This document shows, one piece after another, positions 1 through 9,175 of a stretch of 64,000 nucleotides of DNA. Within the stretch, counting starts at the first letter, position 1. Every line of letters starts with the position of its first letter. A program made the position numbers and the translations under genes. Below the pieces are notes generated by a model. That model was not told the DNA's origin. It did no database searches and saw only the letters and a list, made by a program, of their open reading frames with translations. Origin of the DNA: Faecousia sp. (GTDB lineage Bacteria > Bacillota > Clostridia > Oscillospirales > Oscillospiraceae); NCBI GenBank assembly GCA_051867165.1, contig JBJDYI010000272.1, positions 1,341 to 65,340 of the forward strand, read 5' to 3'.

Positions 1-27
1 CGGACATTTCGTAGTCCGGGCGAATCT

Positions 28-714
28 TTATTTCAGCAGGTCGATGATGTCGGAAAGACAGTCAGCCTTGGCATGGAGCAGGGCAATGGTATCTTCTCCG
101 GGCTGATCCTGATCCGGGATCATGACGGGAATACATCCGGCCCGGTAAGCTGCCAGAATTCCTGTGGGGGAATCCTCCAGGGCAAGACAGTGCGCCGCAG
201 GCAGCTGCAAAGCGGCAGCGCCATGGAGATAGATATCCGGTTCCGGCTTTCCGTTGGGGACATCATAGACGGTGCAGAGCTTGTCAAAACGCTCCAGTAA
301 TCCATGGGCGCCCAGGTGACGCCGAATCACCGTCATGGGAGACGAGGAGGTAATGGCCCGGGGGATTCCCCGTTCATCCAGATAGTCCAGAAGTTCATAA
401 ATACCCGGTTTCAGCTCGATGCCGTGGATTTCCACAAAGGCATCCATCAACTCGATGCGGCGCTGCCGCACCTGGGGGTAGGAGATGTCGGGGCCGAAAT
501 ATTCCTGAAGCTTCGCCTGCCCCGTGGCCCGGTTCAGACTCCGCATCCCCAGGGCCTGGTCCCGGGTCATGGGATAGCCCAGGTCATTGGCGGCTTCCAT
601 CCAGAACCGGGAGTAGAGTTTTTCCGTGTCCAGAATCAGACCATCCATATCAAACAGGACGCCCTGGACAGGATGCTTCCGGGGGTGATAAAGGGTTACT
701 GCCATGATCTTCAC
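28..714 (-). CDS. HAD-family phosphatase (beta-PGM/CbbY-like)
   Basis: Motifs FDMDGLILDTE, KPEPDIY and LEDSPTG. Confidence 0.9.
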   Translation of the reverse strand: MKIMAVTLYHPRKHPVQGVLFDMDGLILDTEKLYSRFWMEAANDLGYPMTRDQALGMRSLNRATGQAKLQEYFGPDISYPQVRQRRIELMDAFVEIHGIELKPGIYELLDYLDERGIPRAITSSSPMTVIRRHLGAHGLLERFDKLCTVYDVPNGKPEPDIYLHGAAALQLPAAHCLALEDSPTGILAAYRAGCIPVMIPDQDQPGEDTIALLHAKADCLSDIIDLLK

Positions 715-869
715 CTCGTGTTTTTGATGCAGATATTATGACATGAATTCCCCGATTTTTCCACAAAAAATTTGTTAAGTTCATCTTAATAATCTTTCCT
801 CTTTTATCTTAAAAAAGATGATGCTATAATAGTTTTACCGTAAGAAAAGAGAGCGTGGGAGGGACACCG

Positions 870-1568
870 ATGTACAATATTCTGATTTGTGATGACCAGC
901 CGGATATCGTCAACGCCCTGAAAATCTACCTGGCCCCGGAGGGCTATCAGCTGTTTGAGGCTTTTACCGGGAAGGAAGCGGTGGAAGTGGTGCAAAACAA
1001 CGACATCCACCTGATTTTGCTGGACATTATGATGCCTGTCATGGATGGGATCATGGCCACCAGCAAAATCCGGGAAATTTCCAATGCCCCCATCATTTTG
1101 CTGACGGCCAAGTCCGAAACCGAGGACAAGGTGCTGGGCCTGAATGTGGGCGCTGATGACTATATCACGAAGCCCTTTGTCCCGGTGGAGGTTCTGGCCC
1201 GGGTCCGCTCCCAGCTGCGGCGCTATGCCCGCCTGGGCAGCAAAACGGTGGAGGAAAGCACGGAATCCATCACCATTGGCGCCATCACCCTGGACGACCG
1301 GACCAAGTCCGTTCTGGTGGAGGGAGAGCCGGTTGCCCTGACCCCCACGGAATATGCCATTTTGCATCTTCTGATGGCGAACCCCGGCAAAGTGTTTTCC
1401 ACAAAGGTGCTTTATGAGTCCGTCTGGCGGGAAGCAGCCCTGGGCAGCGAAGGCGCTGTGGCAGTTCACATCCGTCATTTGCGGGAGAAGATCGAAATCA
1501 ATCCTTCCGAACCCCGGTATCTGAAAGTGGTCTGGGGCCAGGGATACAAGATGGAAGGAGGCCGTTAA
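870..1568 (+). CDS. OmpR-family response regulator
   Basis: Receiver motifs (ICDD, LLDIMMP, KPF) and winged helix ending VWGQGY; ATG 870 follows GGAGGG. Confidence 0.95.
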   Translation: MYNILICDDQPDIVNALKIYLAPEGYQLFEAFTGKEAVEVVQNNDIHLILLDIMMPVMDGIMATSKIREISNAPIILLTAKSETEDKVLGLNVGADDYITKPFVPVEVLARVRSQLRRYARLGSKTVEESTESITIGAITLDDRTKSVLVEGEPVALTPTEYAILHLLMANPGKVFSTKVLYESVWREAALGSEGAVAVHIRHLREKIEINPSEPRYLKVVWGQGYKMEGGR

Positions 1569-1571
1569 ACC

Positions 1572-4500
1572 ATGAAATACAGTATTCCTGTAAAATTTCT
1601 GGCGATCATCCTCTGCGCCGCCACCCTGCTGGGCACGCTGGGCAGCGGCCTGGCCCTCTTTGCTCTGACGGAAACCGGTGCGTATTCCAAGGGTTATGAC
1701 AAGGTCGCGGAAGAGTATCTGGAAAGCCGGGTGGTTTCCTTTGCGCAGGCGGTCGGTGGGCGGTACGCCTCAGAATATCTGGGCGGCGCCAGCCCTTCGC
1801 TGACAGAGGACTACTACGCAACCCACTACTGGAACAATCTGTTCAACCAGAACCGGATGAACTACACCATAAAGAATGCAGATGGTGAAATCGTCCACCA
1901 GCTGCAAAATATCGACGCCGGGGAAGTGGCTCACACCTTTCAGGTGCCCATCACCTGCCGCTATATGAACGTCATCAATACCATGTCTCAGGAGGAATAC
2001 CGGCAGCGCCACCCCGACCCCGAACCCACCACCCCTGTGTCGGATGCCCAGATTCTGGTGATGCCCCAGCCGGATCGGGTTTCCGTGGGCAGCGTGACTC
2101 TGGACTATCTGGACGGGCATCAGACGTTCTATGATCTGGCACCCAATCCGGGATTCTTGTATTTCCAGAATGATGGAACCCTTGCATTTAAAACCACCAT
2201 GTTTGATGAAGCATCCGTGGGCGCATTCTGGAACATCAATCACATCCAGATGCGTAACCCCGATGGGGATGTGGTATATGAGGCTTATGGTGATTCCGGT
2301 TTGGTAACCGGTACTTCTCAGGCGGGGAATATTTTCGAGATGTATCTGCCTGCCGGTGAGATGACCCAGAGCGTCCCTGCGGAAACCACCGTCACCGATG
2401 AAGCCTGTGTGATCACGGATGCCATTCCACCTCAGGGCTGCACCGTCTCTCAGCTGAATGTGACCTATGGCAAGCCGGGTGAGGCGGCGATGGGCAGCGA
2501 AGGGGTTGGCGCAGATATCATTGGAACCATTTACCATGTGGACGAGGGTGTGGTGCAGTTCCGCTCCCTGCATCCCATGACCATGGATCTGCCGGAAGGA
2601 ACCGTTATCACCCATATCACCTTCTCCGATGCCACAGGCAACGCCCTGTATGAAGCCACCGATCCTGAGGGTGTGGGGACTCTGACCTGCGATGAATACG
2701 GATTTCTGGTATACCAGCCCCGAACTTCCGGTGAGGCGATTCCTGAAGCGACAGTTCCCCAACCGATCGGTGTCCCCCAGAAGGAAGTAACTGTTTACAG
2801 CACGACCAGTACCGACAGCAGAATTTGCGGCACCATTCCGGCAGGAGAAGAAGTCCCCATTCTGCAGGAGATGCCCATCACTTCTGACGGTGAAACTCAC
2901 AGTTGGGGATTGACGGAGTCCGGCTGGATTCTGATGGATGATGTGATCACCGCCCGGGACTGGAGTGCCCCGGCAGAAACAACCTCTGCGGCCATTACCG
3001 CAGTTGCCCAGTCCAACCTGCAGGTTTATTCCGTTCCCAATGACTCCAATCCTTTGGGAACCATCAAAGCCGGTGAAACCGTTGCCATTTTGCAGCAGGA
3101 GGATGTGGAGGGTGTCCTTTGGGGCCTGACAGAGTCCGGCTGGATTCCCATGGATCAGGTGGTCTTGGCTGCTTCTGAGGAAGAAACCGTTCCTCAGGAA
3201 ACCATGGTTTTCATGTCTGATTCCGAACCGGAAGCGATTCCGGAAACCAGCGAAGGGGAAACGGTTCCGGAAACCACCGAAACAGAGACTGTCCCCCAGG
3301 AAACTGCCGTTTTCCTCCCGGACTCCGAAGTTGAAACAATTCAGGAAGCCGGCGAACCCACCCCGGATGTTGCCGCAGTCGCCCCGGAGAATCTGGAAAC
3401 CTGGTATTACTACGATCCCAATACCGATATGTACATGGCAGCAGAGATCACCCTGTCCCCTGTTCCGGACTACACCATGGAAGTGGAGCTGGCATCTGAT
3501 GCCGCGGATTCCATGTGGCAATGGACCCTGCTGCGGATGGCTTACGCCGTCAAGCGCCATCTGCTGCCCATGCTGGGAATCTGCGCCGCCCTGTGCGTCA
3601 TCTGCACCGTATATCTGTGCTGCGCCGCCGGACGAAAGAAGGGCGCCGATGTGGTACGGGCCGGGGGCATGAACCGGATCCCCCTGGATCTCTATCTGGG
3701 TGCGGATGCCCTCCTGATTACCGGACTGGCCGCGGCCGCCTGGGGATGCCTGAACTACCTGACCCAAAACAGCCCGGAAATGGCGCTGCTGTCTGTTCTG
3801 ATTCTGGGCTATGTGGCCTGTCTGCTGGTGGTGGGCTTCTGCTATGCCTTCGTGGCTCAGATCAAAACCCCCGGCGGCTTCTGGTATCGGAACACCTTCT
3901 GCGGCTGGTGTATCCGGCTGCTGAATCAATTCCTTGCCTGGTCTGTGGGAGCGGTTGCCCGCTGCTGGCGTGGCCTGCGGGGAAATGTGATTCCCGTTGG
4001 AAAACGCAGCTGCCGAACGCTGTGGGCATGGGCCAGGGCCATCGCCCTGTGGATGTGGGATACCGCCAGGCGGCTGACCCTCTGGGCCTTTGATCTGCTT
4101 CGCCGGTGTATTCGCCGGTGCGGCGGACTGCTGAACGGGTTCTTCTCCATGCTGCCCATTACCTGGCAGTTCCTGTCCACTGGCTTCATTCTGGTGTTCC
4201 TGCTGTACGTCATGATGCGAACCTATAAGGTGGGCTACATTCTGCTGGGCTTCGGCATCTTCTTTGCGGTGATCCTTTATGCCGCCAGTGCCTTTGCCAT
4301 TCTGCTGGAAAGCGCCAAGCGCATGAGCAAGGGTGATCTGGACACCAAGGTGGATGATCGGATGCTCATTGGTGGATTCCGGGAATTTGCCCACCGGCTC
4401 AACGATCTGGCCGGGGTGGCCGTCATTGCCGCCCAGAAGCAGCTGAAATCGGAACGGATGAAGACAGAGCTGATCACCAACGTGTCCCATGATATCAAGA

Positions 4501-5120
4501 CACCTCTGACTTCCATCATCAATTATGTGGATCTGCTGCAAAAGCCCCACAGCGAAGCCCAGCAGGCCCAGTACCTGGAGGTGCTGGACCGTCAGTCCCA
4601 GAGACTGAAAAAGCTCATTGACGATTTGATGGAAATGAGCAAGGCCAGTACCGGCAACCTGCCCGTGGACATTGTAAAGGTGGATGCGGTGGAAGCGGTC
4701 AATCAGGCCCTGGGAGAATTTGCAGATAAGCTGGAGCGGGCCCAGCTGACCCCGGTGTTCCGGCAGCCCGATGATCCCGTGGCCATGATGGCCGATGGCC
4801 GGCTTGTCTGGCGGGTCATGAGCAACCTTCTGGGCAATGCGGTGAAATACGCCCTGCCGGGGACCCGGATTTATCTGGATCTGATGGAGATGGATGGAAA
4901 GGTGATTATTTCCATGAAGAACATCTCCCGGGAGGAACTGAATGTGAATGCCGAGGAGCTGATGGAGCGATTCGTCCGTGGCGACGCATCCCGGAATACG
5001 GAAGGCAGCGGCTTGGGGCTGAACATTGCCCAGAGTCTCATGGAGTTACAGCGGGGACAGCTGCAAATCCTGGTGGATGGGGACCTCTTTAAGGTGACCC
5101 TGATTTTCCCCGGTGCGTAG
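1572..5120 (+). CDS. Sensor histidine kinase with a very large extracellular region (two SH3b-like repeats, acidic stalk)
   Basis: H-box NVSHDIKTPLT, N-box NLLGNAVKY, G-box GSGLGL; N-terminal TM; repeated WGLTESGWI motif. Confidence 0.9.
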   Translation: MKYSIPVKFLAIILCAATLLGTLGSGLALFALTETGAYSKGYDKVAEEYLESRVVSFAQAVGGRYASEYLGGASPSLTEDYYATHYWNNLFNQNRMNYTIKNADGEIVHQLQNIDAGEVAHTFQVPITCRYMNVINTMSQEEYRQRHPDPEPTTPVSDAQILVMPQPDRVSVGSVTLDYLDGHQTFYDLAPNPGFLYFQNDGTLAFKTTMFDEASVGAFWNINHIQMRNPDGDVVYEAYGDSGLVTGTSQAGNIFEMYLPAGEMTQSVPAETTVTDEACVITDAIPPQGCTVSQLNVTYGKPGEAAMGSEGVGADIIGTIYHVDEGVVQFRSLHPMTMDLPEGTVITHITFSDATGNALYEATDPEGVGTLTCDEYGFLVYQPRTSGEAIPEATVPQPIGVPQKEVTVYSTTSTDSRICGTIPAGEEVPILQEMPITSDGETHSWGLTESGWILMDDVITARDWSAPAETTSAAITAVAQSNLQVYSVPNDSNPLGTIKAGETVAILQQEDVEGVLWGLTESGWIPMDQVVLAASEEETVPQETMVFMSDSEPEAIPETSEGETVPETTETETVPQETAVFLPDSEVETIQEAGEPTPDVAAVAPENLETWYYYDPNTDMYMAAEITLSPVPDYTMEVELASDAADSMWQWTLLRMAYAVKRHLLPMLGICAALCVICTVYLCCAAGRKKGADVVRAGGMNRIPLDLYLGADALLITGLAAAAWGCLNYLTQNSPEMALLSVLILGYVACLLVVGFCYAFVAQIKTPGGFWYRNTFCGWCIRLLNQFLAWSVGAVARCWRGLRGNVIPVGKRSCRTLWAWARAIALWMWDTARRLTLWAFDLLRRCIRRCGGLLNGFFSMLPITWQFLSTGFILVFLLYVMMRTYKVGYILLGFGIFFAVILYAASAFAILLESAKRMSKGDLDTKVDDRMLIGGFREFAHRLNDLAGVAVIAAQKQLKSERMKTELITNVSHDIKTPLTSIINYVDLLQKPHSEAQQAQYLEVLDRQSQRLKKLIDDLMEMSKASTGNLPVDIVKVDAVEAVNQALGEFADKLERAQLTPVFRQPDDPVAMMADGRLVWRVMSNLLGNAVKYALPGTRIYLDLMEMDGKVIISMKNISREELNVNAEELMERFVRGDASRNTEGSGLGLNIAQSLMELQRGQLQILVDGDLFKVTLIFPGA

Positions 5121-5212
5121 GGATTGAATCGGACAGAAATGTTCACAAAATTGTCTTATTTTATTTATAATTCATTTATTGGTTGTTCAAATGCAACAAT
5201 TATGATAAATAC

Positions 5213-5332
5213 AAGAAAGGCGGCGGAAGCCGTGAGCCGCTGCATTTCAACGACCTAGATCCTCTTTTCTACCTCTCTTCTTTCCAATTACCCTTTTGCG
5301 AAAACCCCCGCTGCGATGCAGCGGGGGTTTTT
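5213..5332 (+). ncRNA. Candidate small RNA (family unassigned)
   Basis: TATGAT -10 at 5201-5206, 5' hairpin 5220-5243, CU-rich tract 5259-5297, strong terminator 5301-5332; no convincing ORF. Confidence 0.5.
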
Positions 5333-5464
5333 CTGCGCTCAGGATGCTGCTCTCGACAAATTAATGCCCAGAACTCCGGGGAAAGATTTGGAAAATCGGC
5401 CTGGCGGTCCGGTCACATGTTTTTTCTCGTTTGGGAAATACTAGCGGGGAAAGGCGGTGGGGAG

Positions 5465-6535
5465 ATGGAACAGTTTTCCTGTACGACCAGGGTGGTATCC
5501 GGAGAGGGGGCATTGGATGCGCTGGGTGAAAAAACATGCAGGAAGATGCTGCTGGTGATGGAACCGGGGGCACAGCAGGACCGGATCATCCGGGCGGCAG
5601 GCAATCCGGTGACGGAGGTGTTTGATGCCCAGGCGGCAGCACCCACCATGAAGCGGGCCGTGGAGGGCAGCAAACAGCTGATGGAATTTCAGCCTGATTT
5701 GGTGGTGGCGCTGGGAACGGAGCCGGTGCTGGATCTGGGGAAAGCCATGACCTGTTTTTCAAAGCATGCGTGTACACTGGCCGTGATCCCAACAGCCTTT
5801 GGCGCCGGTGCGGAATTAACAGACTGGGTCACCCTGTATCACAATGGGCGGTGTCATCTGCTGCGGGACTTGCGGATGCGTCCGGATCTGGTGATCCTGG
5901 ATGACAAACAGCCTGCATCCGCGGGCAGGGAGAAAATCGGGGAAAACGGATTTGAGCTGCTGGTTGCGGCCCTGGAAAGTTATTCCGGACGCCGGAAAGG
6001 GTTTTTGTCGGATCTGTATGCCCGGGAGGCCTTTGCTTCCGGCTGGGCGGCGCTGCCTGCTGCCTTTGCGGGGAATACCCAGGCCATGAAAAAGCTGCAG
6101 ACGATATCTGTCCTGGTGGGATTGGCCACCCAGCAGACCGGATTGGGGCTGTGCCGGGCCATGGAAAACAGCCTGGGGGCGGTTTTTGGACTGTCCAGGG
6201 GGAAGGCGGCGGGGATTCTGCTGCCGGCTGTCATGGGCTGCAATGCCCACGCGGCTGGCCGGCGCTATGCGGAGCTGTCCCGGGCGGCAGGCATGGGGGG
6301 CAGCCGGGAAGACATCGGAACCAGAAATCTGAAAACCGGCCTGATCCGGCTGCGCAGGGAACTGGGCTTGCCGGGAACATTGGTGCAGGCAGGGATCGAT
6401 CTGCGAGCTGTCTGGAACAGCGGCAGGCGCATTGTGGAGATGACTCTGGAGGATCCGGCCTGCCGGAACAATCCGGTGATGGCAGATGACTTCCTGATCC
6501 GGCGTATTCTGGAAGAAATCACGGGAAGAATTTAG
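5465..6535 (+). CDS. Iron-containing alcohol dehydrogenase-like protein (EutG/PduQ-like) with catalytic motifs lost
   Basis: Collinear Fe-ADH motifs (FQPDLVVALG, IPT..G.G.E.T, RELGLP, D.ACRNNP), but GGGS and the metal ligands are substituted. Confidence 0.8.
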   Translation: MEQFSCTTRVVSGEGALDALGEKTCRKMLLVMEPGAQQDRIIRAAGNPVTEVFDAQAAAPTMKRAVEGSKQLMEFQPDLVVALGTEPVLDLGKAMTCFSKHACTLAVIPTAFGAGAELTDWVTLYHNGRCHLLRDLRMRPDLVILDDKQPASAGREKIGENGFELLVAALESYSGRRKGFLSDLYAREAFASGWAALPAAFAGNTQAMKKLQTISVLVGLATQQTGLGLCRAMENSLGAVFGLSRGKAAGILLPAVMGCNAHAAGRRYAELSRAAGMGGSREDIGTRNLKTGLIRLRRELGLPGTLVQAGIDLRAVWNSGRRIVEMTLEDPACRNNPVMADDFLIRRILEEITGRI

Positions 6536-6545
6536 GAGGAACAGT

Positions 6546-6770
6546 ATGAAAATTGGGAAAGTAACAAGTATGGTGTCCGTGAAAAAGGCGGTCCCGGCTT
6601 TGGAAGGGGAACGGGTTGTCATGGTGGAGATGGAAGGAAACGCTGTTGCGGCGCTGGACAAGGCCCAGGCGGCCGTGGGAGAGCGGGTGCTGGTGGTGAT
6701 GAGCCATGCGGCCGGGAAGTATTCCATGGAATCCCCTGCCGATGCGGTGGTGGTGGCAGTGGTGAACTGA
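6546..6770 (+). CDS. EutN/CcmL-family microcompartment vertex (BMC-P) protein
   Basis: MKIGKV...VAALD..A.VGERVLVV...PADAVVVAVV pattern; AGGAGG RBS. Confidence 0.8.
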   Translation: MKIGKVTSMVSVKKAVPALEGERVVMVEMEGNAVAALDKAQAAVGERVLVVMSHAAGKYSMESPADAVVVAVVN

Positions 6771-6854
6771 ACGCGGAGCAATTCCCATTTTGCAGGATCG
6801 CTCCCACAGGCACCACAGGTCTGCCGGGACTTGCCATGAAACGTGAAATTAGAG

Positions 6855-6884
6855 TTGACAAAACCGGGCGAATCGGGCTATAAT
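6855..6884 (+). promoter_or_regulatory. sigmaA promoter of the metG leader
   Basis: TTGACA 6855-6860, 18 nt spacer, TATAAT 6879-6884. Confidence 0.85.
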
Positions 6885-6898
6885 ATGATAGTTATAGA

Positions 6899-7136
6899 AA
6901 AGCTGTGAAGAGAAGAGTAGGTTTCCGGAAACGGTCAGAGAGCCCGGCAAGGTGGGAGCGGGCACGCAGGAAGGATGCCGAACATGGTCTCGGAGCTGAG
7001 GAGTCGATAGGTAGGCCCTTCCGGGTGCGCCCGTTATTGCGTTTTGAGGTGCCGTTTGGCACGAATCAAGGTGGTACCGCGTCAATTTATCAAAATTGCC
7101 GCCCTTGGGTCATTCCCAGGGGCGATTTTTCTTTTT
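6899..7136 (+). promoter_or_regulatory. T-box riboswitch, Met specifier
   Basis: Stem I with AGAGA and GGTG motifs, specifier ATG 6984-6986, CCGTTA, T-box AAGGTGGTACCGCG 7068-7081, terminator 7100-7135. Confidence 0.95.
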
Positions 7137-7152
7137 CAGGAGGAAACCAATC

Positions 7153-9111
7153 ATGTGCAACACCTGCAAGGGTAATTATTACATTACCACCCCCATTTAC
7201 TATCCCTCTGCCAAGCTCCACATCGGCCATGCCTACTGCACCGTGGCCACGGATGCTATGGCCCGCTACAAGCGTCTCCAGGGCTACAACGTCAAGTTCC
7301 TCACCGGCACCGACGAGCACGGCCAGAAAATTGAGGACAAGGCCAAGGAAGCCGGTGTCACCCCCCAGCAGTTCGTGGACAACATCGTTTTGGGGGAGCG
7401 GGGCGTTCTGGATCTGTGGAAGCTGATGAACATTTCCTACGACCGGTTCATCCGCACCACCGATGACTACCATGTGGAGTCCATCCAGAAGATTTTCAAG
7501 AAGATGTACGAGAACGGGGACATCTACAAGGGCAAGTACACCGGCAAATACTGCAAGCCCTGTGAGTCCTTCTGGACGGATAGCCAGCTGAAGGACGGCA
7601 AGTGCCCCGACTGCGGCGGCGAGGTGCAGGATGCCGAGGAAGAAGCCTATTTCTTCCGGCTTTCCAAGTACGCTGACCGGGTTCAGGATCTGCTGGAAAA
7701 CACCGATTTCCTGGAGCCCCGGAGCCGCGTCAATGAAATGGTAAACAACTTTATCAAGCCCGGCCTGGAGGACCTGTGTGTGTCCCGCACCAGCTTTACC
7801 TGGGGTGTACCCGTGGACTTTGATCCCGGCCATGTGGTCTACGTCTGGATTGACGCCTTGTTCAACTACATGACGGCTCTGGGCTTTGAAAATGAGAAGT
7901 ACAGCGACGTCAGCGAGTTCTGGCCTGCCGATGTCCACTTCGTGGGCAAGGAAATCGTCCGGTTCCATTCCATCATCTGGCCCGCCATGCTGATGAGTCT
8001 GGACCTGCCCCTGCCCAAGAAGGTGTTCGGACACGGCTGGCTGCTGCTGGACGGCGGCAAGATGTCCAAGTCCAAGGGCAACGTGGTGGACCCCTACATC
8101 CTGGCCGAGCGGTTCGGCGTGGATGCCCTGCGGTTCTTCCTGCTGCGGTCCTTCCCCTTCGGTTCCGACGGCAACTTCTCCAATGAGCTGCTGATCAACA
8201 CCATCAATGTGGATCTGGCCAACGATCTGGGCAACCTGGTTTCCCGTACCGTGGCCATGGCCCATAAGTATTTCGGTGAGAAGCTCCCCACCGAGCAGAC
8301 CGAAAATCCCGAGATGGATACCGAGCTGGAGACCATGGTGGCCACCCTCCGAGACCGTTACGAAGAGCAGATGGAAAAGTACGCCTTCCAGAACGGTCTG
8401 GCAGAGGTCTTTAAGGTTATTTCCCGGGCCAACAAGTATATCGACGAGAACACCCCCTGGGTGTTGGCCAAGAGTGAAGAGCTGAAGCCCCGTCTGGCAA
8501 AGGTTCTCTACAACCTGTTGGAGACCATTCGTGTCTGCGCCGGTCTGCTGACTCCCTTTATGCCTGCCACCGCTGAGGAGATTTCCAAGCGTCTGGGCGG
8601 TGCCAGAATGGATTGGGACAGCCTGAATGTCTTTGGTGTCCTGCCTGCCGATGTGGCCTGCGTGGCTGGCCCCGCCCTGTTCCCCAGAATTGATTTGGAA
8701 AAGGAACTGGCTGCTCTGGAGGAACTGAACAAGCCTGCAAAGCCCCCCATCGAAATTGAGCCTTATGCTGAGGAACACGTTGATTTCGACACCTTCTGCA
8801 AGTCCGACTTCCGGGCTGTGAAGGTCAAGGAATGTAAGAACGTGAAGAAGTCCGACAAGCTGCTGCAGTTTACCTTGGATGACGGCACCGGCACCGACCG
8901 GCAGATCCTCTCCGGTATCGCCAAGTACTACAAGGCGGAGGACCTGGTGGGCAAGACTCTGGTTGCCATCACCAATCTGCCGCCCCGGAAGATGATGGGC
9001 CGGGAGTCCTGCGGTATGCTGCTCAGCGCGGTCCATACCGAAAACGGCGAAGAAAAGCTGAATCTCATTATGATTGACGATGCCATCCCCGCCGGTGCAA
9101 AGCTGTGCTAA
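7153..9111 (+). CDS. metG: Methionyl-tRNA synthetase
   Basis: YITTPIYY, HIGH, KMSKS, Zn knuckle and C-terminal tRNA-binding domain. Confidence 0.98.
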   Translation: MCNTCKGNYYITTPIYYPSAKLHIGHAYCTVATDAMARYKRLQGYNVKFLTGTDEHGQKIEDKAKEAGVTPQQFVDNIVLGERGVLDLWKLMNISYDRFIRTTDDYHVESIQKIFKKMYENGDIYKGKYTGKYCKPCESFWTDSQLKDGKCPDCGGEVQDAEEEAYFFRLSKYADRVQDLLENTDFLEPRSRVNEMVNNFIKPGLEDLCVSRTSFTWGVPVDFDPGHVVYVWIDALFNYMTALGFENEKYSDVSEFWPADVHFVGKEIVRFHSIIWPAMLMSLDLPLPKKVFGHGWLLLDGGKMSKSKGNVVDPYILAERFGVDALRFFLLRSFPFGSDGNFSNELLINTINVDLANDLGNLVSRTVAMAHKYFGEKLPTEQTENPEMDTELETMVATLRDRYEEQMEKYAFQNGLAEVFKVISRANKYIDENTPWVLAKSEELKPRLAKVLYNLLETIRVCAGLLTPFMPATAEEISKRLGGARMDWDSLNVFGVLPADVACVAGPALFPRIDLEKELAALEELNKPAKPPIEIEPYAEEHVDFDTFCKSDFRAVKVKECKNVKKSDKLLQFTLDDGTGTDRQILSGIAKYYKAEDLVGKTLVAITNLPPRKMMGRESCGMLLSAVHTENGEEKLNLIMIDDAIPAGAKLC

Positions 9112-9123
9112 GAACATGATAAA

Positions 9124-9160
9124 ACTGCCCTGAGAGAAACTCTCAGGGCAGTATTTCTTT
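9124..9160. terminator. Bidirectional intrinsic terminator
   Basis: ACTGCCCTGAGAG-aaa-CTCTCAGGGCAGT between convergent genes. Confidence 0.85.
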
Positions 9161-9175
9161 GCGATTGGAAACGCA

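Noticed and set aside
1770-4550. Long antisense ORFs (also 7090-9117, 12898-14685, 17696-20032, 58436-60229, 60151-62085)
   Set aside because: They are shadows of well-supported genes on the opposite strand, caused by GC-rich codon bias, and show no recognisable motifs.
5183-5464. N-terminal extension of the ADH-like ORF given in the track
   Set aside because: It runs through a terminator and the sRNA candidate; the RBS supports ATG 5465.
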